A stretch of DNA of 64,000 nt from Candidatus Entotheonellaceae bacterium. Lineage in GTDB: Bacteria > Tectomicrobia > Entotheonellia > Entotheonellales > Entotheonellaceae. The position numbers were made by a program, and so were the translations under genes. This document shows, piece by piece, positions 49,847 to 58,872 of this stretch (its first letter is position 1; every line of letters starts with the position of its first letter). The stretch lies in contig OZ250173.1 in assembly GCA_965238075.1 (NCBI GenBank), forward strand, positions 2,624,001 through 2,688,000, in the 5' to 3' direction. Under the pieces are notes generated by a model, which was not told the DNA's origin, did not search any database, and was given only the letters and a program-made list of their open reading frames with translations.

Positions 49847-50746
49847 TTGCTGGATTATCAGGTATTGCAAAGCTTGCTGGACGCCCACCGCGAGGCCGTC
49901 CGCCAGCCGGTGCGGACCTTTGACATTGGCGGACGCCCGTTTGACTTCAACCGCTACCGCTATCTGGTCGGCGTGATCAACCTGTCTACCGATTCGTGGT
50001 ACCGGGAGAGTGTCTGTCCGACCACTGAGGAAGCCATCGCCCGCGCCGAGCGGCTGCACCAGGATGGTGCGGACATCATCGACGTGGGGGCCGAATCGAC
50101 CTTGCCGGAGGCGCGACAGGCCGACGTCGCGCAGCAACTCGACCGCCTGCTGCCGGTGGTGGAGGCGCTGAAAGCGCGCCGGTTGCTGGTTTCGGTGGAA
50201 AGCTATTACCCGGAAGTCCTGGAAGCCTGCGTCCGTGCCGGAGCCGACATTTTCAACATAACCGGCACTCGCTATGGCGACGACATCTTCCGGCTGGCTG
50301 CCGACTACGACGCGGCGGTCATTCTGTGCTACGTCCAGGGCGACACCGTGCGCGATGTGTCGGACTTTCGGTTTCACGACGACATGACGGCCGAAGTCAG
50401 CGACTACTTCCGCGCCCTCACCACCCACGCCGCCGGCCTCGGCGTCAGCAAGTGCTTCATCGATCCGGGGCTGGGCTTCTACTACCGCAACTTGCAGGAC
50501 AGCAATTTGCGCATCAACTACCAGCTCAACACCTTCCTGAACTGCTTCCGCCTGCACACATTGGGCTACCCGACGTTCAACATCCTGCCGCACGCTCCCG
50601 AAATTTTCCTGGAGGACGAGCGCCGATCCGCCGAGCCGTTTTTCAGTGTACTGGCTCTGCTGGGTGGCACCCACGTCATTCGCTCGCACGAAATCCGCAC
50701 GGTGCACCGCGTTCGTCAGATCATGGCGTTGTATCAGTCTGCCTGA
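49847..50746 (+). CDS. Dihydropteroate synthase-like pterin-binding protein (divergent)
   Basis: GVINLSTDS, GADIIDVGAEST, IDPGLGF, VIRSHE; SRK motif not seen. Confidence 0.75.
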   Translation: MLDYQVLQSLLDAHREAVRQPVRTFDIGGRPFDFNRYRYLVGVINLSTDSWYRESVCPTTEEAIARAERLHQDGADIIDVGAESTLPEARQADVAQQLDRLLPVVEALKARRLLVSVESYYPEVLEACVRAGADIFNITGTRYGDDIFRLAADYDAAVILCYVQGDTVRDVSDFRFHDDMTAEVSDYFRALTTHAAGLGVSKCFIDPGLGFYYRNLQDSNLRINYQLNTFLNCFRLHTLGYPTFNILPHAPEIFLEDERRSAEPFFSVLALLGGTHVIRSHEIRTVHRVRQIMALYQSA

Positions 50747-50772
50747 ATCCCACTCTGTCTGCCCGGCTACAA

Positions 50773-50798
50773 CATCGGATTACGCTAATCCGACCTAC
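50773..50798. repeat. GTAG-type REP
   Basis: catcggattacgctaatccgacctac, same family as 29278-29368. Confidence 0.7.
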
Positions 50799-50807
50799 TG
50801 CTCCGAC

Positions 50808-52907
50808 CTATGCCGCCAAACCCGCGTGCCGGAGTAAAGCGGCGGTCGCCGGCTCCCGACCTCGAAACGCCTGGAATATCTCCATGGGTGGGCGGCTGCC
50901 GCCCAGCGCCAGGATCGTTTCGCGATACCGACGGCCAACGGCCGCCACCGCACGTGGGTCGTCCACGCCGGCTTCTTCAAACGCCGCAAAGGCATCGGCG
51001 CTCAAGACCTCGGCCCACTTGTAGCTGTAGTAACCGGCCGCGTAGCCGCCGGCGAAGATGTGGCCGAAGCTGCACAGGAAACGATCTTCGGGAAGGGGCG
51101 GCAGCACACTGGTCAGCGGTGCCAGCCGACGTTGCAGGTCAAAGGCGCTTTCCGTGCCGTGTGGGTCGTGGCCATGGTGCAGGGCCAGATCGATGAGGCC
51201 GAAGGAAAGCTGCCGCAGCATGAGACTGCCGGCGCGGTAGTGCCGGGCGGCGCAGAGTTTGTCGTACAGGTCGTCTGGCAGCGGCTCGCCGGTTTCCACG
51301 TGGGCGCTCATGCCGAGCAGCGTTTCGCGGTGATAGCACCAGTTCTCCATGAACTGGCTTGGCAGTTCCACGGCGTCCCAATCCACGTTATTGATACCCG
51401 ACGCCATGCCGTAGTCGATGGCGGTGAGCATGTGATGCAGACCGTGCCCGAACTCGTGGAACAGGGTCCGCAGTTCGGTGAACGACATCAGCGAGGGTTG
51501 GTCGCCCACGGGCGGCGTCTGATTGCAGATGAGATAGGCCACCGGCAGGCGAACCGACTGCCCGGACGGCGCCAGGAGGCGGCTGCGGCCCACGCACTCG
51601 TCCATCCAGGCGCCGCCGCGTTTTTCGGCGGGACGGCTGCAGGGATCGAGATAGAACGCGGCGATTTCCTGGTCGTGCTCGTCGTAGATACGGAAGAATC
51701 GTACGTCCTCCTGCCACACGGGCGCGTCGCCGTCCGCCGCCTCGATGCGCACCCCGAACAGGCGCCGGGCGAGGGCGAACAGACCGTCCAGTACGCGCGG
51801 CAGGGGAAAATACGGTCGCAGGGCTTCTTCGCTGAAATCGTACTGCTGTTCACGCTGGCGCTCGGCCCAGAACGGCAGGTCCCAATGGCGCAGGTCCGCC
51901 GCTTCAGGGGCTCCGGCTGCCGCGGCGCATTGCCGCTGGTCTTCCAGGTCCTGCTGCGCCGCAGCCAGGGATGCCTGCCGCAGTTCCTCCAGAAAGCTCT
52001 CGACAGTCGGCACGTTCGGGGCCATTTTGCTGGCCAGGCTGATCTCGGCGAAGCTGCCGTAGCCCAGCAAGGCGGCCATTTCCTGCCGCAACTGCAGGAT
52101 GCGGGCGATGAGCGGGGCGTTGTCCAGATCGCCGCTGCTGGCGCGGGTGATTGAGGCACGGTAAAACCGCTCTCGCAAGCCGCGACGCCGGCTGTGCGCC
52201 ATGAAGGGCATGAAGGACGGGTAATCCAGCGTGATGCGCCAGGGGCCGTTCTCCACCGTCGCGTCCGGCGTTCCCGCCTCGCGGGCTGCCTGGGCCGCGA
52301 CGTGCAAGAGACTAGTCGGCAGGCCCTCCACGTCTTGCGGGTCCTCCAAGATCAGCGCGAAGGCTTTGGTGGCGTCCAGAACGTGGTTGCTGAACTGGGT
52401 GCTGAGTTCGGCCAGTTCTTGCTGGATGGCGTTGAAGCGCTCCTTTTTTTCGCCTTGCAGCCCGACGCCGGACAGTTCGGCATCGCGCAGCAGCACCTCG
52501 ACAATGCGCTTCTGGGTCGCGTCGCAATCCTGCCAGGCAGCGCCGTTTCGCAGCTCATGCAGCGCTTGATAAACGGCTTGGCTCTGTCCCAGCCGCATGA
52601 AGAACTGCACGATTTCGGGTTGCATTTCCTCGTAGGCGCGGCGCAGTTCCTCACTGTTCTTGACGCCCATCAGGTGCCCCACGATGCCCCACGTCACCCG
52701 CAGACGGTCCCCGAGGCGTTCGAGCGGCTCAACCAGCCCCGTCCACGTGGGTTGCGCGTGCGCCTCCAGGAGCTGCAATTCGACGTCGAGTTCATTCAGG
52801 ATTTGCCGCATGGCCGGCGCCACGTGCTCGGCGCGAATGCGGTCGAAGGCGGGGAAAATGCTGCTTTCCAGGAGCGGATTTGTGGCCGCGGGTTGGGTTT
52901 CATTCAT
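50808..52907 (-). CDS. prlC: Oligopeptidase A (M3 family)
   Basis: NPLL, KRGGAWM, FHEFGH, WDAVELPSQ, YYSYKW. Confidence 0.94.
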   Translation of the reverse strand: MNETQPAATNPLLESSIFPAFDRIRAEHVAPAMRQILNELDVELQLLEAHAQPTWTGLVEPLERLGDRLRVTWGIVGHLMGVKNSEELRRAYEEMQPEIVQFFMRLGQSQAVYQALHELRNGAAWQDCDATQKRIVEVLLRDAELSGVGLQGEKKERFNAIQQELAELSTQFSNHVLDATKAFALILEDPQDVEGLPTSLLHVAAQAAREAGTPDATVENGPWRITLDYPSFMPFMAHSRRRGLRERFYRASITRASSGDLDNAPLIARILQLRQEMAALLGYGSFAEISLASKMAPNVPTVESFLEELRQASLAAAQQDLEDQRQCAAAAGAPEAADLRHWDLPFWAERQREQQYDFSEEALRPYFPLPRVLDGLFALARRLFGVRIEAADGDAPVWQEDVRFFRIYDEHDQEIAAFYLDPCSRPAEKRGGAWMDECVGRSRLLAPSGQSVRLPVAYLICNQTPPVGDQPSLMSFTELRTLFHEFGHGLHHMLTAIDYGMASGINNVDWDAVELPSQFMENWCYHRETLLGMSAHVETGEPLPDDLYDKLCAARHYRAGSLMLRQLSFGLIDLALHHGHDPHGTESAFDLQRRLAPLTSVLPPLPEDRFLCSFGHIFAGGYAAGYYSYKWAEVLSADAFAAFEEAGVDDPRAVAAVGRRYRETILALGGSRPPMEIFQAFRGREPATAALLRHAGLAA

Positions 52908-52945
52908 GGTATGCAATTCCTTATTCAGGTGCGTCCGAGGGTTTG

Positions 52946-54529
52946 TCAACTCGCGGGAGAGCTCGCTTTACCCATCCACAGGGCAGGAATGATGCCCAGG
53001 GCCGTGATGGTGCCGATGAGCAGAAAGGTGTCGTGATAGCTGTGCAATGCTGCTTCCGTGCCGACCAGGTCGTGCAGTACGGCCAGAGACTTCATTTGCG
53101 CCGTCTGGTTCAGGTCGCCGAGATGCTCGAAGGTGGTGGTCAAGGAGCCCAGCAGCTTGTCGGTGCCGAGCGGCGACAGCATGTGGTCCTGTGCCAACAG
53201 GGTGGTGCGCTCCGCCACGCGGTTTTGAAACACCGTGGCCGCCAGTGCCACGCTGCCGGTGCTGGCGATGCCGCGATTCAGGCTCAGCAAGCCGGAGCCC
53301 ATTCGCACCTCGGATTCGTTCAGGGCCGATAACGACACCGCGGACAGCGGCGCGATGGTAAAGGCTCGCGCAAAGCCCCGCGCCGTCAGCCACAGGGTGA
53401 TGGTGCCGACGCTGGTCCAGGTCGTGATGGAGGCGTACTGAACCAGGCAGAAAGCTACTGCGCCGAGGCCGAAAATGATCAGGAATTTCCCCGGCAAAAG
53501 GTCGGCGAGACGCCCGGCGCCGACGCTCAGGACGCCGATGACCACGGCGGACGGCATCATCATCCAGGCCGCTTGCAGGGGCGTGTAATCCAGGTGGATT
53601 TGCAGGAACAAGATAACAATAAAGTTGGCGGCCATAAAGCTGATCGTGTTGATGAAAACCACGATTGACGCCAAGGAGAAAGCCAAACTTCTGTAAAGCC
53701 GCAACTCCACGAACGGCTGCTCGTGGCGCAACTCGGCGATGATGAAACTGGCCCCGGCGACCAACGCCACGCCGAAAAGCGTCAGGATGTACTGCGAATC
53801 CCAGCCCTCAGCGCTTCCCTGGCTGACGGCCAGCAGCAGCGACACCAGAAACGCCGCCAGCGTCAGCATGCCCGCGACGTCCAGGGGTCTGTCGCTCTGC
53901 CGCGGTGCCGCCGGCAAGATGAGATACGCCAGGATCAGTCCGACGATGCCCACTGGCACGTTGATGTAGAACACCGCCCGCCAACTGGCGTGTTCGATCA
54001 GGTAGCCGCCGAGCACCGGGCCCATCATCGGGCCCAGCGAGAAGCCCAATGAACTGACGCCCATCGCCAGGCCGCGCTTCTCCTTGGGAAAGGTCTCGAA
54101 CAAGATGACCTGCGAGGTGGGGAACAGCAACCCGCCGCCCACCGCCTGCACGAGCCGAAACGCAATCAGCGACGATATGTCCCACGCCAGGCCGCTGAGC
54201 GCCGAGCCGCCCACGAAAATGCCGAGGGCCAGCAGATACACTCTGCGGTTGCCCAGCCGCGCCCCGATCCAACCGACGCTCGGCATGATCACCGCCTGCA
54301 TGATCATGTAGCCGGTCTGCACCCACTGCATCACGTCGAGATCGACCCGCAGGCTGGTCATGATTTTCGGAAAGGCGATATTCACGACCGTCACGCTCAG
54401 GCCGACGGTCGTAAAGCCCACCATCAGCCCGGCGGTGATCCACCAATGGTAATAGGGGCTACCTGCCCCCAAAGCCGGGCGCAGAAGGGAAGGCTGATCG
54501 GAATATGCGTAGGAAGAAGGTACAGCCAT
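52946..54529 (-). CDS. DHA2/EmrB-family MFS efflux transporter
   Basis: 14-TM pattern, WVQTGY, GPVLGG, WRAVFYINVP. Confidence 0.92.
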   Translation of the reverse strand: MAVPSSYAYSDQPSLLRPALGAGSPYYHWWITAGLMVGFTTVGLSVTVVNIAFPKIMTSLRVDLDVMQWVQTGYMIMQAVIMPSVGWIGARLGNRRVYLLALGIFVGGSALSGLAWDISSLIAFRLVQAVGGGLLFPTSQVILFETFPKEKRGLAMGVSSLGFSLGPMMGPVLGGYLIEHASWRAVFYINVPVGIVGLILAYLILPAAPRQSDRPLDVAGMLTLAAFLVSLLLAVSQGSAEGWDSQYILTLFGVALVAGASFIIAELRHEQPFVELRLYRSLAFSLASIVVFINTISFMAANFIVILFLQIHLDYTPLQAAWMMMPSAVVIGVLSVGAGRLADLLPGKFLIIFGLGAVAFCLVQYASITTWTSVGTITLWLTARGFARAFTIAPLSAVSLSALNESEVRMGSGLLSLNRGIASTGSVALAATVFQNRVAERTTLLAQDHMLSPLGTDKLLGSLTTTFEHLGDLNQTAQMKSLAVLHDLVGTEAALHSYHDTFLLIGTITALGIIPALWMGKASSPAS

Positions 54530-54698
54530 GGATACGTTGGGAAGCGTCTTTTGCGCTCCTGTCTCCTTCAGTTGGACTTGACTCGACGCCGAAGCGGACA
54601 GGTGCTCGATCTCGCTCGCGCGTCGTGGGTGTTACCCCCATTGGTAGGGTATAACATCCTCGGCGTTGACACGTCCTGGTAAAAAATAAGGAGTGGGG

Positions 54699-54947
54699 AT
54701 GCATTCCAACTGGTTCGTTCGTGGCGACGTTGACAGTTTCTTCGGTCTCTTTTTCGATAATCTGGCCAATCTGATGCTTATCGCCGTCCTGGACGCACCC
54801 GTCCCGGGGTAGCGGCGTTGGTAGGGTGCTCTATGCCTGGCAGGCCAGACGGCTGATGCGGCGCAGCCAGCGTCGTCTTCCCTGGTCTTATCCGTCCGTA
54901 ATTGTGCCGATGGGTCTGTCCAATATGTTGGGATCATTGCAAAACGG
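54699..54947 (+). pseudogene. Deletion-collapsed remnant of an NCS2/AzgA-like permease
   Basis: AAGGAG RBS then MHSNWFVRGDVDSFFGLFFDNLANLMLI… (stop 54810-54812), followed by LYAWQARRL and SVIVPMGLSNMLGSLQN; family recalled from memory. Confidence 0.65.
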
Positions 54948-55052
54948 GGAGTGCCGCGGCACCGGGATTTGCGGTGATGTAGGCCTTGGGCACCGTGTTT
55001 ATGGTGAGATTACACGCAGCGGGGCAGGGGCAGGTCGAGGCGTGATTCCGTA

Positions 55053-56882
55053 TCACTCAACCGTGACGGATTTTGCCAAATTGCGCGGCTGGTCGATGTC
55101 GCAGCCGCGTTCCATCGCGCAATAGTAGGCAAAGAGCTGCAGAGCGACGACAGCCGGGATGGGCTGCAGAAAATCCAGGGTGGCGGGGGTGTAGATCACG
55201 TCGTCGGCGATGTCGCCGATTTCATAATCGCCCTCGGTGGCAATGGCGACAATCCTGCCGTTGCGGCTTTTGATTTCTTGCATGTTGGAAACGGTTTTCT
55301 CGTAGGTGGTGTCGCGGGTAGCCAGGCAGACGGTGGGGAAATTCTCGTCGATCATGGCGATAAAACCGTGTTTCATCTCGCCGGCGGCGCAGCCCTCGGC
55401 GTGAATGTACGAAATTTCCTTGAGCTTCAGGGCACCCTCCAAGGCCATGGGGTAGTTGTACTTGCGGCCGATAAACAGAAAATTGTTGGCCTGTGTGTAC
55501 TTTGCCGCGATGGCGTGGATGTGGTTGGCCTCCTTGAGAACCCTGTTGATGTGGTCGGGCAGGCGCATGAGACCGTTGACGACTTCCATGCCATCCGTCA
55601 CTGACAAGTGATTGAAGCGCCCGTGCAGCAGCGCCATCATGGCCAGGATGCAGCACTGGCTGGTAAAAATTTTGGTCGAGGCCACGCCGATTTCCGGGCC
55701 GCCGTGGTTGTACACGCCCGCCTTGGTCATCCGGCTGATGGTCGATCCCACCACATTGACGAGCCCCAGCAGCAAGGCCCCCTTGCGTTCCGCCTCTCGC
55801 ATCGCCGCCACGGTGTCGGCCGTTTCGCCGGACTGGCTGATGGCCAGCACCACGGTGCCGGGGCGGATGTTGGTCTTGCGGTAGCGCATTTCGCTGGCGA
55901 TTTCCACCTCCACGATGAGGTCGGTGAGCTTTTCGAAGATGTAGCGGGCGTACAGGCCGGCGTAGTAGCTGGTGCCGCAGGAAATAATCACCAGGTGCTG
56001 CGCCGCTTTCATTCCTTCTTCGAGCACGTCGTCCAGGCCGCCGAAGTGCGCCATGCCCTCGCTTTCAACCAGGCGTCCGCGGATGGCGTTGGTAATGGTT
56101 TCGGGCTGCTCGAATATCTCCTTGAGCATGTAGTGCGGAAAGCCCTCCAGATCGGCGGCGTTGTCCTGCCACTCGATAGGTTCGGCGTCGCGCTGCACCT
56201 GTTTTCCGGCCAGGGTGTCGATGGTGAAGTCCTTGGTGGTGACGCTGACGATGTCATCGTCTTCAAGGTAAACGACCTTGTCCGTAAGCCGCAGAAAGGC
56301 CGACACGTCGCTAGCCAGCAACATTTCGCCATCCCCGACCCCAAGCACCATGGGCGAGCCGCGCCGTGCCGCCACCAATTGATCCGGATGGCGGGTGTGC
56401 ATCACCACCAGGCCGTAAGTGCCGGTCACCTGTCCCAGGGCCTGTTTGACGGCCTGAACGAGATCGCCCTTGTAAGCGTCGTCGATAAGGTGCGCCATGA
56501 CTTCCGTATCGGTCTCGGAGGTAAAGCGGTAGCCGCGGCTGGTGAGTTGCGAGCACAGGCTCTGGTAGTTCTCGATGATGCCGTTGTGGATGAGCATGAT
56601 CGTCTCGTCGCCGTTGGCGTGCGGATGGGCGTTGGCTTCCGACGGCTTGCCGTGCGTGGCCCAGCGGGTGTGGCCGATGCCGATGGTTCCCTCGAACTGA
56701 TGCTGTGCGATTTTGGCCGCCAGCTTCTCCACTTTGCCCGGCATGCGAACGCGGCATACCGCATCGTTCTCGATCACGGCGATGCCGGCCGAGTCGTAAC
56801 CGCGGTATTCGAGCCGCCGCAATCCCTCGATGAGAATTGGCGTGGCAGGCTTGTTGCCAATGTAGCCGATGATGCCGCACAT
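55053..56882 (-). CDS. glmS: Glutamine-fructose-6-phosphate transaminase
   Basis: MCGIIG, GHTRWATHG, SQSGET, PRNLAKSVTVE. Confidence 0.98.
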   Translation of the reverse strand: MCGIIGYIGNKPATPILIEGLRRLEYRGYDSAGIAVIENDAVCRVRMPGKVEKLAAKIAQHQFEGTIGIGHTRWATHGKPSEANAHPHANGDETIMLIHNGIIENYQSLCSQLTSRGYRFTSETDTEVMAHLIDDAYKGDLVQAVKQALGQVTGTYGLVVMHTRHPDQLVAARRGSPMVLGVGDGEMLLASDVSAFLRLTDKVVYLEDDDIVSVTTKDFTIDTLAGKQVQRDAEPIEWQDNAADLEGFPHYMLKEIFEQPETITNAIRGRLVESEGMAHFGGLDDVLEEGMKAAQHLVIISCGTSYYAGLYARYIFEKLTDLIVEVEIASEMRYRKTNIRPGTVVLAISQSGETADTVAAMREAERKGALLLGLVNVVGSTISRMTKAGVYNHGGPEIGVASTKIFTSQCCILAMMALLHGRFNHLSVTDGMEVVNGLMRLPDHINRVLKEANHIHAIAAKYTQANNFLFIGRKYNYPMALEGALKLKEISYIHAEGCAAGEMKHGFIAMIDENFPTVCLATRDTTYEKTVSNMQEIKSRNGRIVAIATEGDYEIGDIADDVIYTPATLDFLQPIPAVVALQLFAYYCAMERGCDIDQPRNLAKSVTVE

Positions 56883-57014
56883 AACGTGTCTCCATAGAGA
56901 ATGCGAGGGTCTTGTCGATGGCTGACTCGAGTCTGGGAAGCACTAGGATACAACAAAAGAATTGCCGTATCGACGACGCTATTTTCGTCAGGCAACGGGC
57001 AGTCTGGGTCGCCC

Positions 57015-57623
57015 TTACGGAGCCTGCCAAAGGATGGATTCGTCCTCATCGAAAAACAGCACTTTAGGGGCGGAGCGTTCGACGAGCTCACCGCTAGGCT
57101 TGACCTTCAGCTCTGTTGAGCCCATCAAGATGCGATCCTTGCCGTTCTGGTCGGCGAACCGCAGGAAGGGGGCACCGTTGGGCCACGTGGCCAGGACGGC
57201 GCGGTTCTTCCAGTTGGCGTCCAGGAAACGCAGTGAGACGCCGCCGGTGCCGCTGGCACTCAGCAGGGCGCCACTGCGCCCCGCCTGGCTGAATAGGTTG
57301 AGCGAAGACGAGCCATCATCATCCACGCTCAGCAGGATGCGGCTGCGCCGGCCGTCGTCATAGAAGCCCAGTCCCAAGACGCCGTGCGGCAACCGGCCAA
57401 GCCTGGCGAGCGTCGTGCCTTGTTCGTCAACGAGCAGGAAGGCCTTGGCTCGCAATTCGTCAACGACTGGCGGCCGTGCCGTTCCCTGGGCGCCTATGAG
57501 CACCCCAACGCCCAGCAACGCCAGCGCCATCGTCGCCAGCAGTTTCCATCGCCGGTTGGACCTCTCCAGGCGCGCCAAGCGCCCGGCAATGGCCTCGACT
57601 TGTAACTCATGTCCATGTTTCAT
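57015..57623 (-). CDS. Hypothetical membrane-anchored protein
   Basis: Short coiled segment, one hydrophobic helix, then repeated LxFxD-xG beta motifs. Confidence 0.65.
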   Translation of the reverse strand: MKHGHELQVEAIAGRLARLERSNRRWKLLATMALALLGVGVLIGAQGTARPPVVDELRAKAFLLVDEQGTTLARLGRLPHGVLGLGFYDDGRRSRILLSVDDDGSSSLNLFSQAGRSGALLSASGTGGVSLRFLDANWKNRAVLATWPNGAPFLRFADQNGKDRILMGSTELKVKPSGELVERSAPKVLFFDEDESILWQAP

Positions 57624-57817
57624 CAGGCATCATCCCCGTCTGTAGCCACATCGCTATCCGCTAAGTTATTGTAGCCTATGGCAGGCGGGGACGGCATGGC
57701 CCAGCGTCCGCGATGGGTTGCATCGCTCGCTGTAGCTGGGTTATAACCTTGTGGTGTGTTCACGAACAATCGAACTTGGCACCCGGAAACTGTTGAAGGT
57801 GAGAGGGAGGGGCTTAC

Positions 57818-58765
57818 ATGAAAACTCTGCGTACGCCAGTAAGCTGGCGTTGGCTCGGTGTCTTGACTATCTGCTGCGTAACGGCGGTGGGTTGCGCGTA
57901 CAATGAAACGTTTGAAGCGCCGCCGTCACCTCTCAACCAGTTGGCCGAGGTTGCCGAGGCACTCGACGCGGTCAACGAACGTGGCTATGGAGAGCACTTC
58001 CCTGACGACCTGGCCGCTTTGCAGGCGCGCTACAAGGCGGCGCGGTTCGAGTATTATTCGTCCAGGACGCAACAGTCCAGTGAGATGTCGATGAGCATCA
58101 TTGCCGATGCGAACGAGTTGATGCGCCAGCCTTGGGCCAGCCCCACCATGAATCAGTCCCCAGTGGCCAGGTTCAGCGGTCCGGCAACGGGCAGAGCGCT
58201 CCAGTCTCTTCTGTTCGACGCCTCGGCGTCCGTGGATCCCGAGGGTGATCCGCTTATTTATATGTGGGATTTCGGTGATGGAACGACCCAGCGAGTGCTG
58301 TGGCCGCAGGCGGAACACCGGTTTGCCGTTGCCCGTACGCATATCGTGCGTTTGACTGTTAGCGACCATCAGGGGGAATCGGACACCGCAAGCCAGGTGA
58401 TAACGATCGCACAGCCAATCGTGATCCCGCGGCCGGCGATTGTCTTGTTCGAGTTTGATTCGGCAGACTTGCAGGCCAACGCGATGGCGCAGCTTGGAGA
58501 AGTCGTGCAGGCCATGATGCAGCAGCCGACCTTGGAGGCCGACGTTGTGGGGCATGCCGACGCCCAGGGAACTGAGTCATACAACCTGGCGCTTTCGCAG
58601 CGTCGGGCGCAGACCGTGAGTAACTACCTGACCACCAGCGGCGTTTCGGCGGACAGGATCAGCACGAGCTGGCGCGGCGAGTCGGAACCGGCTTTCCCCA
58701 ACACGACCGCCGAGTTCCGCGCCCTCAACCGGCGTGTGGAAGTCACCGTGCGCCCCCCCATGTAG
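57818..58765 (+). CDS. Lipoprotein with PKD and OmpA-like peptidoglycan-binding domains
   Basis: AVGC lipobox, FDASASVDPEG…WDFGDG, GHAD…YNLALSQRRA…NRRVE. Confidence 0.88.
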   Translation: MKTLRTPVSWRWLGVLTICCVTAVGCAYNETFEAPPSPLNQLAEVAEALDAVNERGYGEHFPDDLAALQARYKAARFEYYSSRTQQSSEMSMSIIADANELMRQPWASPTMNQSPVARFSGPATGRALQSLLFDASASVDPEGDPLIYMWDFGDGTTQRVLWPQAEHRFAVARTHIVRLTVSDHQGESDTASQVITIAQPIVIPRPAIVLFEFDSADLQANAMAQLGEVVQAMMQQPTLEADVVGHADAQGTESYNLALSQRRAQTVSNYLTTSGVSADRISTSWRGESEPAFPNTTAEFRALNRRVEVTVRPPM

Positions 58766-58781
58766 CCTACCTGTCTTCGAT

Positions 58782-58867
58782 TGTGGCACGGTCTATCGCC
58801 TGTCCGTCCTCGGCGTGACCGTGCCACACCCACCGTAGGTCGGATTCGCTGCAGGCGTAATCCGACG
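58782..58867. repeat. Two adjacent REP-like palindromes
   Basis: tgtggcacggtc…gaccgtgccaca (58782-58828) and gtaggtcggattcgctgcaggcgtaatccgacg (58835-58867). Confidence 0.7.
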
Positions 58868-58872
58868 TTCCA

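Noticed and set aside
56883-57014. glmS ribozyme upstream of glmS
   Set aside because: The sense strand has ggcgacccagact…gacgaaaa, only loosely like the AGCGCC…ACU…GACGAGG core. The conserved nucleotides do not match. An Rfam search would settle it.
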